In this document: positions 10,575 through 19,725 of the stretch, one piece after another
Layout of the letters: every line of letters starts with the position of its first letter
Numbering within the stretch: the first letter of the stretch is position 1
Assembly (NCBI GenBank): GCA_020850945.1
Contig: JADZDR010000008.1
Coordinates: 29,776 to 93,775, forward strand
Direction of reading: 5' to 3'
Source: Acidimicrobiia bacterium
GTDB lineage: Bacteria > Actinomycetota > Acidimicrobiia > UBA2766
DNA: 64,000 bases
Position numbers and translations under genes: made by a program
Notes under the pieces: model-generated
Told to the model about the DNA's origin: nothing
What the model saw: only the letters and a program-made list of their open reading frames with translations
Database searches by the model: none

Positions 10575-12734
10575 TCAGCTGATCCCCAGTGCGGTGATGA
10601 CCACGTCGATGAGCTTGATCCCGATGAAGGGGGCGACGATCCCCCCGATGCCGTACACGAACAGGTTGCGGCGCAATACCTGAGCCGCCGGCAGGGCCCT
10701 GAAACTGACACCGCGCAGTGCGAGGGGGATGAGAAGGATGATCACCAAAGCGTTGAAGACGACAGCTGAGAGGATCGCCGACACCGGTGACTCGAGCCGC
10801 ATCAGATTCAGAGCGTCGAGGGCCGGGAACACGCCGACGAACATGGCGGGGATGATTGCGAAGTACTTGGCTATGTCGTTCGCGATCGAGAACGTCGTGA
10901 GCGACCCCCGCGTCATCAGCATCTGCTTGCCGATCTCGACCACGTCGATCAGCTTCGTCGGGTCGCTGTCGAGGTCGACCATGTTGGCCGCCTCTTTCGC
11001 GGCCTGCGTGCCCGAGTTCATGGCAACACCGACATCTGCCTGTGCCAACGCGGGCGCGTCGTTGGTGCCGTCACCGGTCATTGCGACCAGCTTGCCGCCC
11101 TCCTGCTCTCGACGGATGAGCCGCATCTTGTCCTCAGGGGTGGCCTCGGCGAGGTAGTCGTCGACACCTGCTTCCTCTGCAATGGCCGAGGCGGTCACCG
11201 GGTTGTCGCCCGTGATCATCACGGTCCTGATCCCCATCGCGCGGAGCTCACCGAACCGCTCGACCATGCCCTCCTTGATGACGTCCTTCAGGTGGACGAC
11301 ACCGAGCACTTCCCGGCCTTCGGCCACCACGAGGGGCGTTCCACCGTCCCGCGCGATCGAGTCGATGGTCTGGTCCATCCCGGCCGGGATCTCACCGCCC
11401 TGCTCGTCGATCCACTGTCTCACGGAGTCCGCGGCCCCCTTGCGGATGCTGCTCGCATCGAAGTCGACCCCGCTCATGCGGGTCTGCGCGCTGAACGGGA
11501 TGAACTCCGATCCCTCGGGCACCTCCTGCGAGCGGGCACCGTACACCCCCTCCGCGAGCGCCACGATCGACTTCCCCTCCGGTGTCTCGTCGGCGAGGCT
11601 CGACATCCGTGCCACTTCGGCCAGCCGCTCAACGGAGATGCCGTACATCGGGATGAGCTCTACGGCCTGGCGGTTCCCGTAGGTGATCGTGCCCGTCTTG
11701 TCGAGCAGCAGCGTCGAGACGTCTCCGGCGGCCTCCACCGCCCGACCACTCATGGCGAGGACGTTGCGCTGGACGAGTCGGTCCATGCCCGCGATGCCGA
11801 TGGCGGAGAGGAGTCCTCCGATCGTGGTCGGGATGAGGCAGACGAGGAGAGCCAGGAGGATCGTGAGGGAGATCACCTTGTCGCCGGTCGCGCCCGAGTA
11901 GATCGCGAACGGTTGGAGGGTTGCAGTCGCGAGGAGGAAGATCAGGGTCAGACCCGACAGGAGGATCGTGAGGGCGAGCTCGTTCGGTGTCTTCTGGCGC
12001 TCTGCGCCCTCGACGAGGGCGATCATGCGGTCGAGGAACGTCTCACCCGGCCTTGCCGAGATCTGCACGACGATCGCGTCGGACAGGACCCGCGTGCCCC
12101 CCGTGACGGCAGACCGGTCCCCACCCGCTTCACGTATCACGGGTGCCGACTCACCTGTGATCGCGGACTCGTCGACGGACGCGATGCCCTCGATGACGTC
12201 CCCGTCTGAAGGGATGACCTCCCCGGCGGCGACGACGACGACATCACCCACCTCCAAAGCCGTGCTCGTGGTCTGCTCGAGTGTCCCGTCGGGAAGCCTG
12301 CGCGTGGCTGTCGTCTGCTTGCGTGTGGCGCGCAGGGTGTCCGCCTGCGCCTTGCCGCGGCCTTCGGCGACGGCCTCGGCGAAGTTCGCGAACAGCACCG
12401 TGAACCAGAGCCAGAACGAGACGAGACCGACAAAGAGCGGATCACCGCCCACGAGGAACACGTCCCGTACGAACAGGAGTGTCGTCACGACACTCACGAC
12501 CTCGACTATGAAGATCACGGGGTTCGCGATCAGGGTGGTCGGCTTCAGCTTGCGGAAGCTGTCCGTCACCGCCGGCCACAGGATCTCGGGATCGAGGATC
12601 GCCCGCCTCTGGCGTCCGGTTCGCTGCGCGTGCACGGCCGCGCGCTCGCCTATTGCCGTGCCCTCTCTGCTCGCCCCGCCGGGACCGGTCTCAGGGCCCT
12701 GATCCTGGGTGTTCTGTGCGGTCTGCTCGGTCAT
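10575..12734 (-). CDS. kdpB: K+-transporting P-type ATPase subunit B
   Basis: 719 aa with P-type ATPase motifs ([22 protein letters not shown]). Confidence 0.9.
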   Translation of the reverse strand: MTEQTAQNTQDQGPETGPGGASREGTAIGERAAVHAQRTGRQRRAILDPEILWPAVTDSFRKLKPTTLIANPVIFIVEVVSVVTTLLFVRDVFLVGGDPLFVGLVSFWLWFTVLFANFAEAVAEGRGKAQADTLRATRKQTTATRRLPDGTLEQTTSTALEVGDVVVVAAGEVIPSDGDVIEGIASVDESAITGESAPVIREAGGDRSAVTGGTRVLSDAIVVQISARPGETFLDRMIALVEGAERQKTPNELALTILLSGLTLIFLLATATLQPFAIYSGATGDKVISLTILLALLVCLIPTTIGGLLSAIGIAGMDRLVQRNVLAMSGRAVEAAGDVSTLLLDKTGTITYGNRQAVELIPMYGISVERLAEVARMSSLADETPEGKSIVALAEGVYGARSQEVPEGSEFIPFSAQTRMSGVDFDASSIRKGAADSVRQWIDEQGGEIPAGMDQTIDSIARDGGTPLVVAEGREVLGVVHLKDVIKEGMVERFGELRAMGIRTVMITGDNPVTASAIAEEAGVDDYLAEATPEDKMRLIRREQEGGKLVAMTGDGTNDAPALAQADVGVAMNSGTQAAKEAANMVDLDSDPTKLIDVVEIGKQMLMTRGSLTTFSIANDIAKYFAIIPAMFVGVFPALDALNLMRLESPVSAILSAVVFNALVIILLIPLALRGVSFRALPAAQVLRRNLFVYGIGGIVAPFIGIKLIDVVITALGIS

Positions 12735-12746
12735 TCGCGTCCTTCC

Positions 12747-14459
12747 TCACGCAACGAGTGACTCGACGATCGGCCCGAGCGCGAGCACCGGGATGTAGGT
12801 GAGTCCGACAACGATGAGGACGATTGCGACCAGGAGGCCCGTGAACGTGGGTGTGCCCGTCGGGAACGTGCCGAGGGACATCGGTGTGTGGTTCTTCTGG
12901 GCGACTGCGCCGGCGATGGCGAGCACCGGCACGATCAGCAGGAACCGACCGAAGAGCATGGCGAGGCCGAGCGTGATGTTGTACCAGTCCGTGCCCCCCG
13001 TCAGCCCGGCGAAAGCAGACCCGTTGTTGTTGGCTGCCGAGGTGTACGCGTACACGACCTCGGACAGGCCGTGCGGCCCCGGGTTGAGGATCGAAGCTCT
13101 CGCCGTACCGAGAAGGACGGAGATACCCGCGAAAACGAGGACTACGACGGGCACGATGAGGATGTAGAGAACGACCAGTTTCACCTCACCGGCCTCGATC
13201 TTCTTGCCGAGGTACTCGGGAGTGCGTCCCACCATGAGACCCGCCACGAAGACCGCGAGGATCGCGAAGACGAGCATCCCGTAGAGTCCGCTCCCCACCC
13301 CCCCGGGCGAGACCTCGCCCAGCATCATGTTCACCAGCGGGACCATCCCGCCGAGCGGTGTGAAGCTGTCGTGCATGGCGTTGACAGCGCCGGTTGACGT
13401 TCCGGTCGCTGTCGTCGCGAACAGGCCCGAGCCAGGTGGGCCGAAGCGGGACTCCTTGCCTTCCATGTTTCCGCCGGTGGCGGTGTCCGTCCTGACTTGC
13501 GTGACCGCCGTCCCCTCGAGCCTCGGGTTCGACCTCCCTTCCATCCACATCGTGAGACCGGCCGCGGATACCCAGAGGACCACCATGGCACCGAGGACTG
13601 CCAGGCCCTGCCGGAGGTCACCCGCGAGCCTGCCGTATGTCCACGTGAGGGCGAACGGGATGCAGAGCATGAGCCAGATCTCGAGGATGTTCGTCGTCGG
13701 ATTCGGGTTCTCGAAGGGGTGCGACGAGTTCCCGTTGAAGAAGCCGCCGCCGTTCGTGCCGAGCAGCTTGATCACCTCCTGGCTCGCCACGGGCCCACCC
13801 GGGATCTGCTGCGTCGCACCTTCGACTGTCGCGACCTCGGTGAATCCGGAGAAGTTCTGGATGAGGCCGAGCCCGACAAGGGTGAGCGCGCCCACGAGGG
13901 CGATGGGGACGAGGAGACGCAGCGTGGCTCGAGTGAGGTCGACCCAGAAGTTCCCGATCGTGCCGGCGCGTCGACGCGTGAGCCCACGGACCAGGGCGAC
14001 GGCGACGGCGATGCCCACGGCAGCGGACACGAAGTTCTGGACGGCGAGCCCTGCCATCTGCGTGAGGTGGGTCATCGTCGACTCGCCGCTGTAGTTCTGC
14101 CAGTTCGTGTTCGTGACGAAACTCACGGCAGTGTTGAACGCGAGGAACGACGGTACGTTCGGCAGGTCGTCAGGGTTCAGGGGTAACCACGCCTGAACAC
14201 GCTGGAGCAAGAAGAGTCCGAGCACACACACGGCGCTGAAGGCCACGACGGAAGTCGCATATGCCCGCCATCGTTGCTCACCTTCGGGATCGATCCCGCA
14301 CAGCCTGTAGATGCCACGCTCGATCGGTGCGAACACGCGATCGCCCGGAGCCTTCACTCCCCCGAACACCTTCGCCATGTAGGTCCCGAGAAGGGGTGTC
14401 GAGACTGCGAGCATCGCCACCAGCACGGTGAGCTGTACCCAGCTCCCGAGAGACATCAG
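12747..14459 (-). CDS. kdpA: K+-transporting ATPase subunit A
   Basis: KdpA-like polytopic protein starting [18 protein letters not shown].... The track ORF extends further upstream, but the extension is Arg-rich non-membrane sequence, so it is judged an over-extension. Confidence 0.8.
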   Translation of the reverse strand: MMSLGSWVQLTVLVAMLAVSTPLLGTYMAKVFGGVKAPGDRVFAPIERGIYRLCGIDPEGEQRWRAYATSVVAFSAVCVLGLFLLQRVQAWLPLNPDDLPNVPSFLAFNTAVSFVTNTNWQNYSGESTMTHLTQMAGLAVQNFVSAAVGIAVAVALVRGLTRRRAGTIGNFWVDLTRATLRLLVPIALVGALTLVGLGLIQNFSGFTEVATVEGATQQIPGGPVASQEVIKLLGTNGGGFFNGNSSHPFENPNPTTNILEIWLMLCIPFALTWTYGRLAGDLRQGLAVLGAMVVLWVSAAGLTMWMEGRSNPRLEGTAVTQVRTDTATGGNMEGKESRFGPPGSGLFATTATGTSTGAVNAMHDSFTPLGGMVPLVNMMLGEVSPGGVGSGLYGMLVFAILAVFVAGLMVGRTPEYLGKKIEAGEVKLVVLYILIVPVVVLVFAGISVLLGTARASILNPGPHGLSEVVYAYTSAANNNGSAFAGLTGGTDWYNITLGLAMLFGRFLLIVPVLAIAGAVAQKNHTPMSLGTFPTGTPTFTGLLVAIVLIVVGLTYIPVLALGPIVESLVA

Positions 14460-14541
14460 AACCTCTCCGGGTAGACGAGTGTGAACACGAGGAATGCGGC
14501 CAGTCCGAGTGCCAGGATCAGCCCGACGGCGTTCTCGAGGT

Positions 14542-14720
14542 TCACGCTTCGCCTCCCGATCGGGCCTCACGCTTTCGCCCTGACGCCGCCTCGGCTTCGT
14601 CCTCGTCCTTGCCCCGTAGGTCGGATGCCGTGCCGACGATCCGGTCGCACAGGGCCACGTAGGGCACGCAGAGCCCGAAGAACGCCAAGACGACTGCGAG
14701 GATCAACACGTCGGTCATGA
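14542..14720 (-). CDS. kdpF: KdpF-like small membrane peptide (elongated, 59 aa)
   Basis: ATG at 14720 gives [27 protein letters not shown].... Single TM helix in the position expected for kdpF, with a charged C-terminal tail. Confidence 0.55.
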
Positions 14721-14964
14721 CGCACCGGCCGCCTGAGCCCGTCTCGGCTCGATTCCGATCATGTCCGTGTCTCCCTCCATCGCAGACAGGCGCCCTCGGG
14801 GTCAGGCCTCCTGCCGGCATCAGTCATACCGGGTCATGCTCGAGACAGGAACGGGCTTAACGGGGTCTGAACGCCAGATGGGCAGATCTTCACGCGTTCG
14901 CAACACACGTGTGGCCGGACGGGGGTTTGGTTCGGGGCTAACCCGTGGAGACGGCTCGGCTCGA

Positions 14965-16104
14965 CTACGTGCCTGCCCGGGGGCGGCGTCGGGGCTGTGT
15001 GGCCGCAACCTCGGCCTCCGCCTCGACCCGGCCACCTGCTCGGAGGTCAGGCCCGCCCTGGGCGAGTCGCACGGCAGCGCGACAGATCCCGTCGGCGACG
15101 TCGTCGAGGCGGAGCACCTCGACCACGGCTCCGATCGTGACGGCCTCGCGGGGCATCCCGTACACGGCGGACGTCGACTCGTCCTGCGCGATCGTGTGGG
15201 CACCGGTGCTGCGCATCTCGAGGAGGCCGGCAGCCCCGTCCTGGCCCATGCCGGTCAGGAGGACACCGATACCCCGCGATCCGAGGGTCGTGGCGAGGCT
15301 GCGGAAGAGGACGTCGACGGCGGGCTTCTGGTGGTGCACAGGTGATCCGTCGGTGACCACGGCCTCGACACCTGCCTCCGTCTCGGCGACGACCATGTGC
15401 CTATCGCCAGGTGCGACGGCGACGACTCCCGGCCCGAGGGGAACTGCGGTGTCGACCTCCAGGACACGGAGATCGCACACGGCGTCGAGGCGCCGTGCGA
15501 AGGGGGCCGTGAAGGCGGCCGGCATGTGCTGGCACACCACGACCGGCGGGCAGTTCGCAGGCAGAGACCGCAGGACGGTCTCGATCGCGGCCGTGCCTCC
15601 CGTCGACGCCCCGATCGCGACGACGCAGCGGCCAGGCGTGCGTGCCAGGTCGGCGGTCCGCGCGACCGCATGCTGCTCCCGCGGAGTCGCCGACCCCCTG
15701 GCCTCCCCGAGCATCTCCTGCCTCACGCGACGGAGCGTCTCGGCGAGCCTGTCGAGGAGGAAGTCCTGGTCCACTTCTCCCACCTGCACGACCTCGACAC
15801 ACGATCTCTCCCCGGATCGCAGGGTCGATGCGGGATTCACGGCCTGATGGGACTCGAGGACGACGACCGGCACTGCCCGCTGCGCGAGCATCTCGTCGAG
15901 GAGATCCCGGAACGCGGCGTCGATGATCCGCCCGTCAACGATCATGACATCCGGTCGCGCCCGGAACACGAGGTCCCTGACCGAGCGCTCGTCACACGCC
16001 GCTCCGACCACCTGCATGTCGGGTTCCCGCGCGAGGCGGCGCGAGAGGACACGCCGGTCGTTTGCGGAGCCGGCCACGACGAGGACGCGGGTTCTTTCCA
16101 CCAC
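14965..16104 (-). CDS. CheB-like protein-glutamate methylesterase with a degenerate receiver domain
   Basis: C-terminal CheB methylesterase domain (GASTGGTAAI, GMGQDGA, catalytic-type motifs). The N-terminal REC-like domain lacks the acidic pocket (VLVVAGSANDR in place of the DD pair). Confidence 0.7.
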   Translation of the reverse strand: MVERTRVLVVAGSANDRRVLSRRLAREPDMQVVGAACDERSVRDLVFRARPDVMIVDGRIIDAAFRDLLDEMLAQRAVPVVVLESHQAVNPASTLRSGERSCVEVVQVGEVDQDFLLDRLAETLRRVRQEMLGEARGSATPREQHAVARTADLARTPGRCVVAIGASTGGTAAIETVLRSLPANCPPVVVCQHMPAAFTAPFARRLDAVCDLRVLEVDTAVPLGPGVVAVAPGDRHMVVAETEAGVEAVVTDGSPVHHQKPAVDVLFRSLATTLGSRGIGVLLTGMGQDGAAGLLEMRSTGAHTIAQDESTSAVYGMPREAVTIGAVVEVLRLDDVADGICRAAVRLAQGGPDLRAGGRVEAEAEVAATQPRRRPRAGT

Positions 16105-16158
16105 GCATAAGCATCGGCTCCTGACCCCGCGGATTGAGACCGCCGCAACGTCAGTGGC

Positions 16159-16713
16159 TCAACCCACGGACGGGGTCGACCTCGCCTCGGCGTCGGCCTG
16201 GAAGTAGGGAGCAGCCTGATGCCCGAACGGGCGGGCGACGAGCACTGCCGGAAACGTCTGCTGGCTGTCGTTGTACTTGCGGGCGCTCGCGTTGTAGTAG
16301 CGCCGCGCGAACGAGATGTCCTCCTCGATCTGACCGAGCTGTGCCTGCAGGTCGAGGAAGTTCTCGTTCGCCTTCAGGTCCGGATAGGCCTCGGCGACGG
16401 CGACGAGGCGCTGGAGTGACCCGTCGAGGTGGTTCGCGGCCTGCTCGGCACTGCGTGGCTCCGCCGCGTCCACCGTCTCCGTACGTGCGCGTGTGACGTC
16501 CTCGAGCGTCGCGCGTTCGTGCCCCGCGTAGGCCCCGACGACCTCGACGAGATTGGGCACGAGATCGGCGCGGCGCGTGAGTTGCACATCGATACCGGCC
16601 CATGCGTCATGCACGAGATTGCGCCGGCGCACGAGCCCGTTGTAGATCACCACGAGGAACGCGGCGAGCCCGACGACGACAGCGACTAGTACGACGACGA
16701 CGATCCATACCAT
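16159..16713 (-). CDS. lemA: LemA family protein
   Basis: Starts MVWIVVVVLVAVVVGLAAFLVVIYNGLVRRRN, then a conserved LemA core. The upstream part of the track ORF is rejected. Confidence 0.8.
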   Translation of the reverse strand: MVWIVVVVLVAVVVGLAAFLVVIYNGLVRRRNLVHDAWAGIDVQLTRRADLVPNLVEVVGAYAGHERATLEDVTRARTETVDAAEPRSAEQAANHLDGSLQRLVAVAEAYPDLKANENFLDLQAQLGQIEEDISFARRYYNASARKYNDSQQTFPAVLVARPFGHQAAPYFQADAEARSTPSVG

Positions 16714-16782
16714 CCTGTCATCATGCCTTGTCGGGCGGTGAGCCCCAAGGCAGCACAGCCGTACGGGACAGAGGGAGAACGC

Positions 16783-17712
16783 GTGGCATCGGGTAGCACG
16801 AAGGCGGTGGTCGCGGCCCTGGCCGCCAACGCCGGCATCGCAGTCGCCAAGTTCGCCGGCTTTGCCGTGACCGGCTCGTCGGCCATGCTGGCCGAAGGCG
16901 TGCACTCCGTCGCCGACTCCGGCAACCAGGCCCTGCTCCTCTGGGGTGAGCGGGCGTCACGCAGGCCTGCCGACCCCTCGCACCCGTACGGGTACGGCGC
17001 CGAGCGCTTCTTCTGGTCCTTCGTAGTCGCCGTCGTCCTCTTCGCGCTCGGATCCCTCTTCTCCCTCTACGAGGGCATTGAGAAGCTGCGGCATCCCCAT
17101 GAGCTCGAATCGCCCGTCGTCGCCGTCGCCATCCTCGGCGTGGCGATCGTGCTCGAGTCCCTCTCGTTCCGGACAGCAGTGCAAGAGTCCAACCGCGTGC
17201 GCCGCGGCAGGCCGTGGTGGGAGTTCATCAGGAGCACCCGCGTCCCCGAGCTGGCCGTGGTCGTGATGGAGGATCTCGGTGCCCTCGTCGGCCTCTGCCT
17301 CGCCCTCGCCGGCGTGGGTCTCACGATGATCACGCACGAACCGGTCTTCGACAGCACCGCCACGATCGCGATCGGGGTTCTCCTCGGGGTGATCGCCGTG
17401 ATCCTCGCCATCGAGATGAAGAGCCTCCTCATCGGCGAGTCCGCCGACGAGGAGTCGTTGCGCGGGCTCTTCGAGGCGGCGGGTGCCGAGCCGGCCGTGC
17501 GCCGCGTGATCCACATGCGCACGCGGCACCTCGGGCCGGACGAGCTCCTCGTCACGGCGAAGATCGAGATCGACCCCGCACTCGGGACGAGCGACGCGAC
17601 CGAGGTCATCGACCGCACCGAAGCCGCCATGCGGGCAGCCGTCCCCTCTGCGAAGCTGATCTACCTCGAACCCGACGTGTACGACGAGACCCCGACCCGA
17701 TCCGACGGCTGA
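16783..17712 (+). CDS. cation diffusion facilitator (CDF) family transporter
   Basis: CDF TM core (SSAMLAEGVHSVADSGN, HPYGYGAERF). The chosen start is GTG at 16783, preceded by GAGGGAGAA. The ATG at 16723 would lie only 9 nt from the divergent lemA start. Confidence 0.7.
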   Translation: MASGSTKAVVAALAANAGIAVAKFAGFAVTGSSAMLAEGVHSVADSGNQALLLWGERASRRPADPSHPYGYGAERFFWSFVVAVVLFALGSLFSLYEGIEKLRHPHELESPVVAVAILGVAIVLESLSFRTAVQESNRVRRGRPWWEFIRSTRVPELAVVVMEDLGALVGLCLALAGVGLTMITHEPVFDSTATIAIGVLLGVIAVILAIEMKSLLIGESADEESLRGLFEAAGAEPAVRRVIHMRTRHLGPDELLVTAKIEIDPALGTSDATEVIDRTEAAMRAAVPSAKLIYLEPDVYDETPTRSDG

Positions 17713-17757
17713 CCGACCCCGCGCAGACGTGGGTCCCCACCGCCGACTGGCGTTCGC

Positions 17758-18570
17758 TCACTGGCGCAGCGTGCGGCGCCACGCCGGTACGGCGAGGACG
17801 AGGCCGATCACGGCGAGGACGGCACTGCTGAGGAGCGACGCGGGGATCTCGCCCGTCGCGTCGGGGAGTCCGAGGGCGAGGGCGCGGGCGGCGTCGATCG
17901 TGTACGAGAGGGGATTCACACTTGCGATCTCCTGCAGCCAACTCGGCAGCGCGTCGATCGGCACGTAGGCCGACGACGCGAACATGAGGGGCAGCGTGAC
18001 CATGAAGCCGGCGAGTTGCGTCGTCTCGGTGTTCTTCGTCGCCGTGCCGAGCGCGATGAACACCCACGTGAGTGCCCAGTTGAGGGGGAGGACGATCAGG
18101 ATCGAGAGGATCGCCTCCCACCACGCGCCTTCGAAGCGGAAACCGAAGATGACCATCGACACGAGGAGCATGAAGACCGCCTGCAACGAGGCCCGGATCA
18201 CGTCGGAGTTCGAGCGGGCCACGGGGATCCCGTACTTCGCCATGGGGAGGGACCGGAAACGGTCGATCACTCCTTCCTGCAGGTCCGTCGCCATGCCGAT
18301 GCCCGAGGCGGACGCGTTGAGGGAGACGGTCGTGACGATGACGGCGGGCACGAGGTACTGGATGTAGGAGATGCCCGGGTACAGCTCCTGGAACTGCGGG
18401 GTGTCCACGATCGAACGGAACACCTGGCTGAACAGCGTGAGGAAGATCACGGGCTGCACGAGCGAGAAGAAGAGGAGTTGGGGAACCCGCGTGACCTTCT
18501 TCAGGTTCCGCACCGTGAGCACCCACACGTCTGTGAGGGGTGAGTGCCGTCGCATGAGGGGTGTCGTCAC
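17758..18570 (-). CDS. ABC-2 type transporter permease
   Basis: 270 aa with six predicted TM helices and ABC-2/DrrB-like architecture. Overlaps the upstream ATPase gene by 4 nt. Confidence 0.8.
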   Translation of the reverse strand: MTTPLMRRHSPLTDVWVLTVRNLKKVTRVPQLLFFSLVQPVIFLTLFSQVFRSIVDTPQFQELYPGISYIQYLVPAVIVTTVSLNASASGIGMATDLQEGVIDRFRSLPMAKYGIPVARSNSDVIRASLQAVFMLLVSMVIFGFRFEGAWWEAILSILIVLPLNWALTWVFIALGTATKNTETTQLAGFMVTLPLMFASSAYVPIDALPSWLQEIASVNPLSYTIDAARALALGLPDATGEIPASLLSSAVLAVIGLVLAVPAWRRTLRQ

Positions 18571-19526
18571 CGCTCCTCCCCCTCCTCATCGGAAGCCCGC
18601 GTTCCCGTCAGGGTCAGGAACACGTCGTCGAGGCTCGGGGAATGCAGTTCGAGGCCGTTGATGCCGACACCGGCGGCGTCGAGGTCCCGCACGACGTCGG
18701 CCACGCGTGCCGCGCCGTCCGTCGGTACGTTGAGCCGGCCTGCTTCCCGGTCCACGACCACCTTGCCCCCCTCGGCGTCGAGGGCTGCGACGGCCGCGTC
18801 GACGTCCCCGGTGTCGACGTCGACGGCGATCACACGCCCTCCCACCGCGTCCTTGAGCTCCTCCGGGGTACCGAGGGCGATGACGCGGCCGTGGTCGATC
18901 ACGCCGATGCGGTCGGCGAGCCGGTCCACCTCCTCGAGGTACTGGGTGGTGAGGAGCACGGTCGTGCCCTGGGCGACGAGATCCTCGACGATGTCCCACA
19001 ACTCGAGACGCGAGCGGGGATCGAGACCGGTGGTCGGTTCGTCGAGGAAGGCGATCTCCGGTTCGCCGACGAGACTCGCCGCGAGGTCGAGGCGACGCCT
19101 CATGCCGCCCGAGTAGCCGCGAAGGGTCCGGTCTGCGGCACCGGTGAGTCCGAAGCGGTCGAGGAGCTCGTCCGCCCGGGTCTTCGCCCGGGTCTTGCCG
19201 ATCCCGAGGAGCTGCCCGAACATGACGAGGTTCTCACGCCCCGTGAGGTCATTGTCGACGGCGGCGAACTGGCCCGTGAGGCCGATCCGGGCCCGCACCT
19301 CGTCCGCCTCACGGCGCACGTCGAATCCGGCCACCTCGGCCCGCCCCCGTGAAGCGCGCAGGAGTGTCGAGAGGATGCGCACGAACGTCGTCTTGCCGGC
19401 ACCGTTCGGACCGAGCAGTCCGAACACGCTGCCACGATCGATCTCGAGATCGATCCCCGCCAAGGCCCGTACGTTCTTGAAGTCCTTCTCAATGCCCTCG
19501 GCTCGGATGGCGGGCTCGGAACCCAT
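18567..19526 (-). CDS. ABC transporter ATP-binding protein
   Basis: Starts MGSEPAIRAEGIEKDFKN.... Walker A GPNGAGKTT, signature YSGGMRRRL and Walker B AFLDEPTTGLD. The long upstream part of the track ORF is GC-frame noise. Confidence 0.85.
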   Translation of the reverse strand: MGSEPAIRAEGIEKDFKNVRALAGIDLEIDRGSVFGLLGPNGAGKTTFVRILSTLLRASRGRAEVAGFDVRREADEVRARIGLTGQFAAVDNDLTGRENLVMFGQLLGIGKTRAKTRADELLDRFGLTGAADRTLRGYSGGMRRRLDLAASLVGEPEIAFLDEPTTGLDPRSRLELWDIVEDLVAQGTTVLLTTQYLEEVDRLADRIGVIDHGRVIALGTPEELKDAVGGRVIAVDVDTGDVDAAVAALDAEGGKVVVDREAGRLNVPTDGAARVADVVRDLDAAGVGINGLELHSPSLDDVFLTLTGTRASDEEGEER

Positions 19527-19588
19527 CTGCCTCGCAGTTCTGCTGGGGTGCGGGGTCTGGAAGCCTACAACCCGCGCTTCGAACCGAA

Positions 19589-19639
19589 GGGGTTGTGAGG
19601 ATCCTGCAGCGCCGCGGCGTGTGAGATCCTCACAACCCC
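19589..19639. promoter_or_regulatory. 15-bp perfect inverted repeat (GGGGTTGTGAGGATC ... GATCCTCACAACCCC) with a 21-nt spacer, in a divergent promoter region
   Basis: Read directly from the sequence. Lies between the ABC ATPase start (19526, minus) and the GGDEF-EAL gene start (19726, plus). An extra ACAACCC copy occurs just upstream. Confidence 0.5.
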
Positions 19640-19725
19640 GTGATCCCTGAGGGCGAGAAAGCTCGACAGTTCGGGGCTTGTCTGCCGATGGATAGACACC
19701 GGAACACATCGCGCCTGGGAGGGCC

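Noticed and set aside
14721-14964. Possible ydaO-type c-di-AMP riboswitch in the kdp leader
   Set aside because: kdp operons in some Gram-positives carry one, but I could not recognise the conserved ydaO pseudo-symmetric core motifs by eye. It would need a cmsearch against Rfam RF00379.
16723-16782. ATG start at 16723 for the CDF transporter
   Set aside because: It would place divergent lemA and CDF start codons 9 nt apart. A GTG at 16783 with a good AGGGAG RBS is preferred. Low stakes.
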